Assembly: GCA_963815195.1 (NCBI GenBank)
Contig: CAWFGE010000008.1
Location: 352,001 to 416,000, forward strand
Direction of reading: 5' to 3'
Length of the DNA: 64,000 nucleotides
From: an uncultured Planctomycetaceae bacterium
Lineage (GTDB): Bacteria; Planctomycetota; Planctomycetia; Planctomycetales; Planctomycetaceae
The notes beneath the pieces are model-generated. The model saw only the letters and a list, made by a program, of their open reading frames with translations. It had not been told where the DNA came from and did no database searches. Positions 33,945 to 44,265 of this stretch are shown here, one piece after another (the first letter of the stretch is position 1; the number at the start of each line of letters is the position of its first letter). The translations under genes were made by a program, and so were the position numbers.

Positions 33945-36900
33945 CTAAAACGGCTCTTCGACCATCACTTCCGACGGCAGTTCGCGGCATTTGTTGATCG
34001 TGCGATCGACCGTGTTTTCGACGGAGTTTAGGACGGTCTCATCCAAGACGTGCACGAGCAGCCGCTGCGAAAAGCGGTACAGATCCCAAAAACCCTCTTG
34101 CGTGTAATCGAGGGCATTGTGCACGAAGCAATGGCCGGGAAAATACGGGCGGCCTACGGCGTTCGCGATTTTTGCGTGCAGGCATTGGTTGCGATCCTGC
34201 ACCCAGTCCACGCCGCGATCGATCCGCTTCATGTTCCCCACCGACGAGAGGTTATAGTCCCAAACGGTGATGCCGGGCACGTCGCAGACCGCGACCGCTT
34301 GCGCAAAACACCGCCGGCAATGATCGCGGGAAAAGCGGTCCACGCGGTCCATGAAGTTCATCACCGGGTGTTTCTTGTGAAGCAACGGCCCGGCCGCCAG
34401 GTCCATCACCCGCCAGACGTTGATGTCCAGCGTGCTGAGCACGTTGTAGGCCATGTTGTTCAAATCCAGCCGGCAATCGGGACGGTTGATCGTCCAGGGC
34501 AAGTTCGGGTATTTCTCCCGGCACTTGTAATACAAGGGCCCCCAAGCCGCGAGGTCGATGTCCTCCCAGAACACGGGCTTCAAGTTCTCGGGAAGCGCCG
34601 CGAACTCGGGCTGCTCGAGCGGAGCAGGCGCGCAGGGTTCGTAAATTGTCCGCATCGCCGTCCCATCCATTTCGCAGGGGTTGTGCGGCGTGCCCGTCAT
34701 CTCAAGCAATGTCGGCGTCAAATCCGCGAGCCGGGCCGGTTCGTCGATCCGCGCACCCCGGCGGATGTTCGGACCGGACACAAACATCGTGGCATGCATC
34801 GAGTCGGAAAGCGGATAGCCGTGCATCGTGCCGCGGGATCCTTCGAGGCCGAAGTACCAGCCCGGCCGGGCCGTCACCACCAAATCAGCGGCGTATTCGC
34901 GTTCGCGGTACACCAGGTTGTCCTGCCAAAGCAAATGGCGAGACAGCGTGACGACGCTGTCGGGATACTCTGTGGGCGTGGTCATCTTCAGCCAGGTCCG
35001 CTCGTCATAATATTCCGCGAGCTGCTCCGGCGTGTAAAACGCCCTGAGTCCCAGCGGATCGCAGGCCGGCTGCTCGACGGGCGTAAAGCACACCTGCCCA
35101 TCGGCGGTCGGGGCCACGTTCGCGACGACGGTGTAGCGATACCACCACTTGCCGTCCTCGCGAAGCTGGCGGTCGATCACGGCCTGGCCGCGGTCGGCGG
35201 TAGAGATCAAAATCGAGCAGTCGCTCAGCCGCAGCATCACGAGGTCGATGGGGCTTTGCTGATAGCCGCTGCCGTGGATGGCTTGAATGCTCTGAAGGGA
35301 ATCCACAAGGTTCACCGGCGGCAAATGCGGTGCGATGCGGTAGGCCAACAAGTCTCCGGGACGATAGGGGGCGAGCCAGTCTTTGGAATGATAATGTCCC
35401 CGCGGCAGGAAAATCCGCGCGGCCCCGTCGGAATCGCCGTCGATGAACACAAACTCCCGGCCCGAATCTCCCGGGTGCTTGCTCCACACGCGATGCAGCC
35501 GGACCGACAACCCCAGTCCGCCGCCCACCCAGCAGCCGCCTTTCGAGAGTTTGCGGGGATGATAAAAAAACTGGTGGGCCAGGTCGAAATGCGAAAGGTG
35601 CGTGTTCCGCCCGCCGTGGTGTCCGTGATCGCTCACCAACAAGAAGTATGTCCGGCAAAGGCGGTTCTGGTCGCGGATCTGCTGGACGACCTGGCCGATG
35701 AGTTCGTCGGCGCGGGCGATCGTCCGGCGGGTGATGCCGAACTGCCCCCGGCTCCGCTTGTGGCTGATCGAGTCCGTCTCCGGCAGCCAGATGATCGTCA
35801 CGGGCTTTTCGTTGTCGATCAGATGGGTCTGGGCGTAATGGATGTTCGCATCGTCGATGTAGTTGTAGGCTTCGTGCATGTGAAACATCGGCATCGAACG
35901 CACGAGGCTCCGGCTCCACAAGATCGGGGGCATCTCGGTCATCATCGGCAGGGCCCCCGTCGCCCAGTCGCCGCCGTTGTTTCTCAGATGGGCAAACAGC
36001 GGCGGGACTCCCGTGCAGGTGCTCATCAAGTATTGCGTCTTCGCGTCGGCTCCGTTGACGAGCCCCACCGTGTTGGCTTTCGCATTGTGGACGATCTTGT
36101 CGACGCACTGCGGCGAGAGCAGCTTCGCGCTGCGGTTGGGTCCCAAGGGTTCGAGATACGATTGGCTGTGCAAAGTTTTCCGGCTGAAGCGGACCTGGCC
36201 TTTCAGCCCGTGCCGATCCGAAAAACAGCCCGTCCACATCGTGCCGTTGGAGGTGATCGTGTCGGAGGGGAACGCGGTGAAGCAGTTCTTCAGATAGCAT
36301 CCGCCTTCGAGAAACAGCGACCGGATGTTGGGCAGATGCCCCATCGCGGCCATTTCCTGAACCACGTCGGGACGCAGTCCGTCGATGTAAAACACGATCA
36401 CCTGCGAGCCGGCGACCGGCGCTCCGGGAAGTGCATCCGGCGGGACGACGTCCTGCAACGCGATCGGCTGCGGCTGCTGGGGCTTGGTGATGGACGCCTC
36501 GAACTGGCCCGTGTTGTCGGAGAAATCAAAATCATTGACGCCCAGCCACAGCGGACCCGAAGAGCGGGCGATCCAGCTTTTTCCCCGGCCGACGAAGAAC
36601 GCGGGGCCGTCTCCGATGCGCCCCATCAAGCAATAACACGGAGCCGGCCCGCCCGCGGCACTGGGCAGCGGGAAATTCTGAAACGCGACGTCGTCGCCAT
36701 AAAGATAAAGCCCTTCGGGACCCGTTCGAGTGGGGCGGTCGCGGTCGCAGCAGGCGGGGTCGCGAAACTGCACCACGCCGTCCGCCGTGATCGTGATCGC
36801 TTCCCCGGCGTGGACTTCGATCGGCGTCGAAACCCAGCCGGCGTTCCCCGGCACGGCGAACACATCGCCGGGCGAAACCTGGGGCCCGGGCACCAACAGC

Positions 36901-37169
36901 TCCGCGCACGAGCGGGCCGGCGATTCGTGAGAACACCCGCCCGCCCACAAGCCGCCTGCGGCCAAAGCGGCAAGGCCAACGAGCCTGCAGAACAATCCAG
37001 CGAGCTTCGCTTGTCGAGGGTGATAATCCAAAAGTCTCTCCCAAAGCGAGTCGAGTCGTTTGCCCGTTGGCCCATCTGGGGCGTGAAACCACTGAGCCAA
37101 TCCACGGCCGCCGGTCGGTCGCTCATAAAAGCTGCCAGCCAGACAATCCGGCGAACCGCGCCACGGCAT
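33945..37169 (-). CDS. Alkaline phosphatase superfamily (NPP/type I phosphodiesterase) protein with an N-terminal lectin-like beta domain; start uncertain
   Basis: IDGLRPD, FPSDT, LPETDSISH, VSDHGH, GTMHG. N-terminal W...GVNDFDFSDNTGQF domain and a lipobox-like LWAGGC. Confidence 0.82.
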   Translation of the reverse strand: MPWRGSPDCLAGSFYERPTGGRGLAQWFHAPDGPTGKRLDSLWERLLDYHPRQAKLAGLFCRLVGLAALAAGGLWAGGCSHESPARSCAELLVPGPQVSPGDVFAVPGNAGWVSTPIEVHAGEAITITADGVVQFRDPACCDRDRPTRTGPEGLYLYGDDVAFQNFPLPSAAGGPAPCYCLMGRIGDGPAFFVGRGKSWIARSSGPLWLGVNDFDFSDNTGQFEASITKPQQPQPIALQDVVPPDALPGAPVAGSQVIVFYIDGLRPDVVQEMAAMGHLPNIRSLFLEGGCYLKNCFTAFPSDTITSNGTMWTGCFSDRHGLKGQVRFSRKTLHSQSYLEPLGPNRSAKLLSPQCVDKIVHNAKANTVGLVNGADAKTQYLMSTCTGVPPLFAHLRNNGGDWATGALPMMTEMPPILWSRSLVRSMPMFHMHEAYNYIDDANIHYAQTHLIDNEKPVTIIWLPETDSISHKRSRGQFGITRRTIARADELIGQVVQQIRDQNRLCRTYFLLVSDHGHHGGRNTHLSHFDLAHQFFYHPRKLSKGGCWVGGGLGLSVRLHRVWSKHPGDSGREFVFIDGDSDGAARIFLPRGHYHSKDWLAPYRPGDLLAYRIAPHLPPVNLVDSLQSIQAIHGSGYQQSPIDLVMLRLSDCSILISTADRGQAVIDRQLREDGKWWYRYTVVANVAPTADGQVCFTPVEQPACDPLGLRAFYTPEQLAEYYDERTWLKMTTPTEYPDSVVTLSRHLLWQDNLVYREREYAADLVVTARPGWYFGLEGSRGTMHGYPLSDSMHATMFVSGPNIRRGARIDEPARLADLTPTLLEMTGTPHNPCEMDGTAMRTIYEPCAPAPLEQPEFAALPENLKPVFWEDIDLAAWGPLYYKCREKYPNLPWTINRPDCRLDLNNMAYNVLSTLDINVWRVMDLAAGPLLHKKHPVMNFMDRVDRFSRDHCRRCFAQAVAVCDVPGITVWDYNLSSVGNMKRIDRGVDWVQDRNQCLHAKIANAVGRPYFPGHCFVHNALDYTQEGFWDLYRFSQRLLVHVLDETVLNSVENTVDRTINKCRELPSEVMVEEPF

Positions 37170-37429
37170 GCGACCGATTCCGCAAGGAAAATCGTCACGG
37201 GCGGACCGCGGCCATCATGCAAATCGAAGCGCATGCCCTCTGCGGACCCGGTCCCGCGCGGGGAAAACGCCTTAACCCTATCGCAAGGATTTGACGGTTT
37301 GGAGAAACCTTGCCGGTTCTACGGCTTCTTCGGGGACGAAGGCGAGCGTGGGGCGTAAGCCCCATGAACATCCCAAATCAAATCGAGAATCTTAGCCGGC
37401 TCGACTCAAACCCCACCAAAAGGCCATTT

Positions 37430-39019
37430 TCACACAATCTCCACGTACGGTTTGATATCCGACGGCTTGCGGGCACGCACGCGGGAGTTGAGCACCTGGA
37501 CGGCTCCCCGATACATCGCGGGCATGTTGACGAGCACGGAGACGCTCGCCAACACGAGCAGGATCCCGATCACCTGCTGGGCCAGATCGTTCGCACGCAT
37601 GGACAAATACAGGCTCGTGTTGTAGGGATCGAGCACTTGCAGCAAATGGAAGCCGTTGCGGTGAATATCGATGACTTCGCTCACATCCAACAGCGGCGGA
37701 CCGACGATGGCGGCCATCAAGATCAGGAACGTGACGACGCGGGCATGGGCGGGTTTGACGATCTCGGAGACGGCCTGCCCCCACCGCGCAAGCGCGGTGT
37801 TGATCCCGCCGTAAATGATGAGCTGCAGACTTACGGCGGTGATTGCCGTCAGCCGCCGGTCCTGGCCCTGGAAGGCGATCCAGGTTTTCTCCCAAACGCC
37901 GCTGCCGACCCAGCCGCTGCGGGCGAAGTTGGACATGCCGACGGCAAACAGCCCCCACAGCGCGACGACGTTGATCAGCAGGAACGCATACCCCCGCGAC
38001 CCGCCGGGCAGGAACGGGAGCATCAAGCACCGCAGGAGCTGGCTCTTGGGAAACCCGCGGCGGATGCGGCGGGACAGGCTGTCCCTCTCCGCCGTGAACG
38101 CCAGACCGAACGCCGCCCAATGCGCCAGCGAAAGCGCCGCGAGCACGACGAAGACGTGGTAGTCCGCATGAATGCCGTTCCACTGGCAATAGCCGAACGC
38201 CACGAGCCAGAGCAGCCAGAACTGCGCGGCCGCGGTGATGCGGATCCGCGTGCTGTGGTTGGCGGATTCGAATGTGAGATTGGCGGTCGCAATTTGCTGG
38301 AACAGAACAAAGTACGACGCCATCACCAACAGGGCCGCGAGGTTGACCTGCCAGAACATCGAGTTGGTGATGGGGATCCGCGTTTCAAACGTGACCACGA
38401 TCATCAATTGGACCGCCATGGGCACCACCCACACCAGTTGCCCCAAGAGGATCACCCACATCAATCCCTGCGACGCCCGCTGCTTGGCGAGGGTGCTCAT
38501 CATCAGCGAGGCCATCGAGAGCATCACCGAGATCAGAATCGTCACGACCAGGACGTACGCCGCGCGCGGGGCGTCGAAGCCCTGCATCGTCGAGGCGAAT
38601 GCCATGAACGGCGTGATCGCCGAGTAATAGATCAGGCACTGCACCAGGGACGACAGCAGCTTGCCCCGCACGATTTGCTGCGGGGTGATCGTGGTCACGC
38701 TGAGAATCTCGAACGTGTTGAAGTCCCGCTCGGCCTGCAGGCTGCGAAACGTGCCGAAGGGCACGATCAACAGCGTCGCGGCGGCGAGCGCCAGATAAAA
38801 CCCCACGAAGAAATACCGCCCCGCCGGTCCGTATTGAATCTGCGGCCCGAACATCAAGAGTCCAAACACCGACACCAGCCAGGCCACCGTCACCAACAGC
38901 ATGAAGGTGATCACGAACTGCTTGCTCTTCAGCGATTGCCGCAACTCCTTCACCAGAATCGGATTCGCCCAATCCACAATCCGAAACAGCCAGGTCGACT
39001 TGGCTTCCAACGTGCTCAT
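37430..39019 (-). CDS. ABC-2-type transporter permease-like membrane protein
   Basis: NPILVKELRQSLK, ERDFNTFEILSVTTITPQQIVRGKL, many TM helices. Confidence 0.8.
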   Translation of the reverse strand: MSTLEAKSTWLFRIVDWANPILVKELRQSLKSKQFVITFMLLVTVAWLVSVFGLLMFGPQIQYGPAGRYFFVGFYLALAAATLLIVPFGTFRSLQAERDFNTFEILSVTTITPQQIVRGKLLSSLVQCLIYYSAITPFMAFASTMQGFDAPRAAYVLVVTILISVMLSMASLMMSTLAKQRASQGLMWVILLGQLVWVVPMAVQLMIVVTFETRIPITNSMFWQVNLAALLVMASYFVLFQQIATANLTFESANHSTRIRITAAAQFWLLWLVAFGYCQWNGIHADYHVFVVLAALSLAHWAAFGLAFTAERDSLSRRIRRGFPKSQLLRCLMLPFLPGGSRGYAFLLINVVALWGLFAVGMSNFARSGWVGSGVWEKTWIAFQGQDRRLTAITAVSLQLIIYGGINTALARWGQAVSEIVKPAHARVVTFLILMAAIVGPPLLDVSEVIDIHRNGFHLLQVLDPYNTSLYLSMRANDLAQQVIGILLVLASVSVLVNMPAMYRGAVQVLNSRVRARKPSDIKPYVEIV

Positions 39020-39080
39020 CGATCGTTTTGTCCTATGAAATATGGGAACCGGAATGGCGATGGCGTCCGGTTTATTTGAT

Positions 39081-39423
39081 GAACCGGGGCGGTGCCCCCC
39101 TGCGGCTGATAATCTCAAACTGTCAGTCGAAAGTGGACGGGGTGGCTGGGGCGCAAAGGAAGGTTCCGAGGAAAAAGGAGATTTAAGATCTGGGGCCGTG
39201 CCAGATTTTTCTCGCCCGGTGACAGCCCCAGCATTCGCAATTCAAGCCTTATTCCACGGGGGGTTTGCACCCAGCCACCCAAACGCTTACACTTTGAGTA
39301 ATAATGCTTCCGTCATCATAGCAATTCCCCGCCGGGGTTGCTCAAGTGTTTCCGGCAACGAAACGCAGCGGCGGCATCTTGCCGCCGGGGGTCGATCTCC
39401 GGCGGCTGGAAGCCGCCGTTACC
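39081..39423. repeat. Cluster of REP-like palindromes (three families)
   Basis: GAACCGGGGCGGTGCCCCCCTGCGGCTGAT; GGGTGGCTGGG...CCCAGCCACCC; GCGGCGGCATCTTGCCGCC...GGCGGCTGGAAGCCGCCG. Confidence 0.65.
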
Positions 39424-39444
39424 GGAGAAACGAAGAAACTTAGA

Positions 39445-40044
39445 CTACCGATACAGCCCGTGCTCGGCGATGTAAACTTCCACCGCCCGGGGCAGCATGT
39501 AGCGGATGCTTTTGCCGTCCCGCACTCGGCGGCGAATGTCCGTGGCGGAGAGATCGATCCCCGGCATCGTCACCAACTCCACCCGGGCTGCGATTTTTTC
39601 GCCGAGACGCCGGGTGAGTTCCTCCCGGCTCGGCAAAGGCCGATCGCCGCGGTTGACCGCGACCACCGTCGCCAGCTCCACAATGCGTTCCGGCTCCCGC
39701 CAACTCGGCAGGTCCGCCAGCGAATCGCCGCCGATGAGAAAGAACAACTCATCCTCCGGGCGGTCGGCGTGCAGTTCCTCGAGCGTATCGACCGTGTAGG
39801 TCTTGCCCGCGCGCGAGAGTTCCATGCGGTTCACGATCAGCTCGGCATGACCGGCCGTCGCAAACTCCAACATCTCCGCCCGCTGCCCGCCCGTTGAGAT
39901 CGCGGCGTCCGTCTTGTGCGGCGGCAAACCGGCCGGCAAGAGCCACACCTGATCCAGCCGGCATTGCTCCCGGCACTGCTCCGCCATCAGCAAATGCCCC
40001 CAATGCACCGGATCAAAAGTCCCCCCAAACACGCCGAGCCGCAT
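39445..40044 (-). CDS. nadD: Nicotinate-nucleotide adenylyltransferase
   Basis: MRLGVFGGTFDPVHWGH, PPHK, YTVDTL, LIGGDS, LSATDIR. Confidence 0.96.
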   Translation of the reverse strand: MRLGVFGGTFDPVHWGHLLMAEQCREQCRLDQVWLLPAGLPPHKTDAAISTGGQRAEMLEFATAGHAELIVNRMELSRAGKTYTVDTLEELHADRPEDELFFLIGGDSLADLPSWREPERIVELATVVAVNRGDRPLPSREELTRRLGEKIAARVELVTMPGIDLSATDIRRRVRDGKSIRYMLPRAVEVYIAEHGLYR

Positions 40045-40087
40045 GGTCTGTTTTCCTTTGGATGACTCCGTCGAACGTTGATACCTT

Positions 40088-40395
40088 GAGAGCCGCGCAC
40101 GAAGTAAGCGGTTTTGCATTCAAAGATCTTAAATCTTAAGTGCTGATCCGAAATCCAGTCCGCAGCGCAAGCAAGGGTTTTCACGTCTTTGTACTGCCTC
40201 GCTTGCACTTTGTGAAGTTGCGCATTTCCGGAGTCGCGAAGCGGCTGCCGAGGCGCAATTTCAAAACTCGCGCTTCGGGCTAATTTGGAAACCAAGTTTT
40301 TGGATGGTTCTTAGACCGCTTACTTCGTGCGCGGCTCTCGCCTTTTTATTCTTAGTTCTTAGACCGCTTACTTCGTGCGCGGCTCTCGCCTTTTT
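40088..40395. repeat. Composite nested REP/MITE-like locus
   Basis: Forward REP at 40088-40112; two inverted tandem copies at 40308-40346 and 40356-40395; a second palindrome family with an internal IR element lies between them. Confidence 0.8.
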
Positions 40396-40406
40396 GACAT
40401 TCAAAC

Positions 40407-40447
40407 AAAAACTCGCGGAATCTCCAAATGGATTCCGCGAGCGTTTT
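40407..40447 (-). terminator. Intrinsic terminator
   Basis: AAAAACTCGCGGAATC-TCCAAATG-GATTCCGCGAG, about 30 nt after the stop at 40475. Confidence 0.75.
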
Positions 40448-40474
40448 GATTTTGGAGGAGCGAAGAGCCTGGCC

Positions 40475-41580
40475 TTATTTGCTGCCGGCGGGTTGGCAGT
40501 GGCTGAGGGCCATCAGGCTGTAGGCGGTCACGAGGTTGGGATCGCCTTCGTACCAGCGGTCGGCCGAGTTCACCCAACTCCCATTGTCGCGCTGGAGATC
40601 GGCGAGCTTTTCGATCATATCTTTCCGCCAGTTGTGCTTTTCGCCCTGGGCGTCGGTGAGGGTCTTCTCGCCCAAAACGTCCAGCGTCTTGGCGAAGGTG
40701 TGGTAATAATAGAACTGCCCCGCTTTGCCCATGCCGGGGTTTTCATCGAGCGTGTAGTGTTTGGTGATCCATTCCAGGGCCGCCTTCACGCGAGGATCTT
40801 TGGGAGTCAGACCCGCGTAGATCATGCTCTTGAGGCCGGCGTAGGTCATGGACGCATAGGACCTTAATCCGCCGTCGGGCGTTTTGCCGGCTTGCGACGA
40901 TCCGCCCGCAGCCGGGGTGTAATAGAAGCCGCCGTCGTTGACCTTGGCGGCGAAGGGGGTGGTGTTGTATTCGGTTTCCAAGTTTTGCGAGCGGGACACG
41001 AAGACGAGCGCCTTCTTGAACGCCGGGTCGTCTTGGGAAGCGCCGCGGCTTTGAGGGCTTCGAGCAGAAACTGCGTGTTGGACAAATCGGGCCGGCTGCT
41101 GCCGCCGTAGCCCGCGCCGCCGTAAGCCGTGTCGGAGGTTTCCAGTCCTTCGCCTTCGTCCCATTGGAGTTCCCGCAGGAACTTCTCGGCGTTTTTGATG
41201 ATGTCGGCGTACTTCTTTTTATCCGCGTTGCTGAAGGCCATCAGCGAGATGCAGGTCTCGTAGTTGCGGTGCGTGCTTTTGGGCGTATAGATGCCGCCGT
41301 CTTTCTGGACGAACGATTTGAGATTCTTGAGTCCCTTCTGCACGGCGGGATCGCTTTCCGGGACGCCCGCTTCCAGAAGGCCGTTGAGCACCAGCCCGGT
41401 GATGCCTACGGTTTTCGTGGTGGTCCAACTGCCGTCGTCGCTCTGCGAGGATTTTAAATAATCAATCCCCTGCTTCATCATTTTTTCCCGCTTGGCTTCC
41501 AGGTCATCTGCCGCCACCGCTTGCGAGCAGACCGCCGCGAGCAGTGCGGGCACCAGCATTCGTTTGGAGATTTGCATCAT
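40475..41580 (-). CDS. Secreted prenyltransferase/squalene-oxidase-repeat protein (frameshift at about 41040)
   Basis: Signal peptide; QW-like motifs [34 protein letters not shown]. Confidence 0.85.
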
Positions 41581-41852
41581 GGAGGTTTGTCCTTTGTCCA
41601 TTGAAATGGGTTCGTTGTTTCGTTGATGATACCGACGCACGGTGATCGCTGTATAGGTGGAACGGGATCACCATTGCAACTCGCATGCCCATCTTCAAGT
41701 TTGGGACGGTTCGAGCACGAGGAATGCTTGTTTTATCGGAGATTGGCGGGTTTTGAGGAAATCACCACGCAGGCACGAAGAATTTCGATGCCGTGGAGCC
41801 TGGCGGGATTTTCAGCGCGCGTGGACAGTTTTCCGCCGGGGTTCCACGCGGC

Positions 41853-42389
41853 TCAAAGCGAGCCCTCGTTCTCCCCAAAGCCGATGTACTCCCCACACAC
41901 CGGGCACGAGAGCTGGGTCACGCCGCCGTGAAGGAAGAGCAGCATTGCCAGGCTCGCGTGGCCGTGCAGCGCCGCCAGGGTCGCCAGCAACTCCTGCGAG
42001 TCGGAAGGCTCCCAGCCCGCCTCTTTCAAAGTCTCGGCGGTCAGCCGCCGGGCTTCCTCGACAGCCGCGAGAAATTCCCCGCGCCATTCGTCCGGCAGCG
42101 GAGGGGCCTGAGTGGGAGAGGACAGCCGCGCCGCCTGGACCGTGCCCACAATGCTCAAAGGCCAGACCCGTCTCTTGAGATCGGCCGCTCGGGCGATCTC
42201 GACCAGATGGGGGACTGCCACATAAGCGACGGGCCCAACGGTGAATTGATGGCACACCTGGTGGTACAACTCGGCATACGCCGAGTCGTCGCCCGCTCGT
42301 GCCTCGCGAAGCAACTTCACCGCGAGGGCGCTGCTGCGGCTACAACTCGCAGGGATGTCGGCCCACCGCGGCGAATCGAGATCCAACAT
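41853..42389 (-). CDS. Hypothetical protein with C-terminal CxxC
   Basis: GGAGG RBS; LYHQVCHQFTV..AYVAVPHLV; CPVCG. Confidence 0.7.
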   Translation of the reverse strand: MLDLDSPRWADIPASCSRSSALAVKLLREARAGDDSAYAELYHQVCHQFTVGPVAYVAVPHLVEIARAADLKRRVWPLSIVGTVQAARLSSPTQAPPLPDEWRGEFLAAVEEARRLTAETLKEAGWEPSDSQELLATLAALHGHASLAMLLFLHGGVTQLSCPVCGEYIGFGENEGSL

Positions 42390-42618
42390 TCCTCCACCTC
42401 CGCCGCTCAACTTGTTTTCTAGAAAGGTTCTGCCTGTTACCTAAAGCGGGCAGACGCGCCGCGTCATTCACAGGCAGTCGATTTCCCTAAGTCGTATCGT
42501 ATCAATCAGGTGGCTCGTTTTCACAGTGTCTTGGGCGTGATCGGCCCTTTCGATCATCGTCGTGCGAACGCTTTGTGGCCCAGCATGCGCCGGGTCGCTA
42601 AAATGAAATTCGTTGTCC

Positions 42619-42763
42619 ATCAACCGCTCGGCGCTGGCCCACGGTTTGGTATTTCGTAGCCGAGAAACCGGACGCTATTACTGCGTCAAACCAGAAAACC
42701 AGCCGCAGGCCGCTAGCCCCGGTTCTTCCCTGAGCGAACCGGCAGCAAGCGCGTTCCGGCTGA
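42619..42763. repeat. REP-like palindromes (AxCAGCCG...CCGGTT / AACCGG...CGGCTGAT family)
   Basis: Two imperfect inverted pairs upstream of hisF; a related arm occurs at 39081. Confidence 0.65.
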
Positions 42764-42788
42764 TAAGGCGAAAGCGAACAGGAAAAAC

Positions 42789-43667
42789 ATGTTGGCGAAG
42801 CGAATTATTCCCTGCCTGGATGTGCATGGCGGGCGGGTGGTCAAGGGGGTGAATTTTTTGAACCTCCAGGATGCCGGCGATCCCGTGGAAGTGGCAAAGC
42901 GCTACGAAGAAGAAGGGGCCGACGAGCTGGTGTTTTTGGACATCACCGCCAGCCATGAGGAGCGCGAGATCATCCTGGATGTCGTCCGCCGGACCAGCGA
43001 AGTCATCTTCATGCCGCTCACCGTGGGCGGCGGCATCCGCACGCTCGAGGACATCCGCACGCTGCTCAAGGCCGGCTGCGACAAGGTGTCCATCAACTCG
43101 GCCGCGGTGAAGGATCCCGATTTCGTCCGCGAAGCCGCGCTCCGCTTCGGCAGCCAGTGCATCGTGGTCAACATCGACCCCAAGCGGGTCGTGGAAAAGC
43201 AGCAGAACGATGTTCTCGAACATCTCCGCGTGATCGAACGACCGCTGCCGCAAGAGGGGCCGTTCGCCAAAAAGCTCTCCACTCTCGGATCTTCGCACTC
43301 CGCTTGCTACTGGGATGTGCACATCAATGGCGGGCGGATTCCCACGGGGCTCGATGCGGTGGCATGGGCTTTGGAAGTCGAACGGTTGGGCGCGGGGGAG
43401 ATCGTGTTGACCAGCATGGACGCCGACGGCACCAAAGACGGCTACGATCTCGAAATCACCAAAGCCGTCGCCGAGGCGGTGACGATTCCCGTCGTCGCCA
43501 GCGGCGGCTGCGGTTCGCCCCAGCACATGCTCGAAGCGGTGACCATCGGCGAAGCGTCCGCAGCGCTCGCGGCCAGCATTTTTCACTACGGCGAATACAC
43601 GATCGAAGAAACCAAACGCCACCTCGCCGCTCAAGGCGTCCCGGTGCGATTGGATCCGGTCGCATAG
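42789..43667 (+). CDS. hisF: Imidazole glycerol phosphate synthase cyclase subunit
   Basis: [66 protein letters not shown]. Confidence 0.98.
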   Translation: MLAKRIIPCLDVHGGRVVKGVNFLNLQDAGDPVEVAKRYEEEGADELVFLDITASHEEREIILDVVRRTSEVIFMPLTVGGGIRTLEDIRTLLKAGCDKVSINSAAVKDPDFVREAALRFGSQCIVVNIDPKRVVEKQQNDVLEHLRVIERPLPQEGPFAKKLSTLGSSHSACYWDVHINGGRIPTGLDAVAWALEVERLGAGEIVLTSMDADGTKDGYDLEITKAVAEAVTIPVVASGGCGSPQHMLEAVTIGEASAALAASIFHYGEYTIEETKRHLAAQGVPVRLDPVA

Positions 43668-43680
43668 TGTGGGGGAATCA

Positions 43681-43950
43681 ATGAAGCCGAAGGTCTGTCG
43701 TCTTGGCCTTCACTCGATGCGACCGATGAGGCGGCAAGTTTGGCACAGCAATTGATTGACTCGGGGGCAATTCCTGAAAAAGCCGCAGGAGATGCAGGCC
43801 ATATTGCCATCGCTGTAACAAACGGCATTGAGTATTTGGTAACATGGAATTGTCGCCATATTGCCAATGCGACCATGCGATCACAAATCGAACAGGTTTG
43901 CCGGAATGCGGGCTACGAACCAACAATCATCTGCACCCCTGACGAAATTG
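43681..43950 (+). pseudogene. PIN/VapC-family toxin remnant with internal deletion
   Basis: MKPKV start joined out of frame to IPEKAAGDAGHIAIA..GIEYLVTWNCRHIAN...ICTPDE. Confidence 0.8.
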
Positions 43951-44151
43951 CTCCCACCGTCCCAACGCTGCTACCGCCGACTTGAACACGCACTCGCCTT
44001 CACCCAGCCCGATCCGGGTGTGGTCCACGACATAACCGGCTGGGGGTTGTGCCGCCGTCCCACCGATGGCCGTATAGGTGACGTTCAGCCTCGCCTGAGC
44101 CGTCAGGAAGCGGTTGATCGACTCGGCAGATGGCTTCCGCAGCGACAACAT
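43945..44151 (-). pseudogene. DUF1990-like protein, N-terminal fragment
   Basis: TY..IGGT..PPAGYVVDHTRIGLGEG..F..A..AL..W.QF, then truncated. Confidence 0.7.
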
Positions 44152-44265
44152 TCTCGACCTCGACTCGAACGTGGCTCTCGGTTTCGCTTCCGCAACAAGT
44201 AAAATGATCCCTGATTATCGTAACCGCAGAAACAGCTTGTTTTCTAACCGGAATCGACCAGGGTA

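Noticed and set aside
34050..37358. 1102-aa plus-strand ORF
   Set aside because: Antisense shadow of the phosphodiesterase gene in GC-rich DNA; no recognisable motifs.
40308..40395. Tandem ~39-bp direct repeats as a CRISPR array
   Set aside because: Only two copies with a ~9-bp gap, same family as dispersed REP-like palindromes, and no cas genes.
40475..41580. Squalene-hopene or oxidosqualene cyclase
   Set aside because: Single ~370-aa domain with a signal peptide and no DxDD or DCTAE motif.
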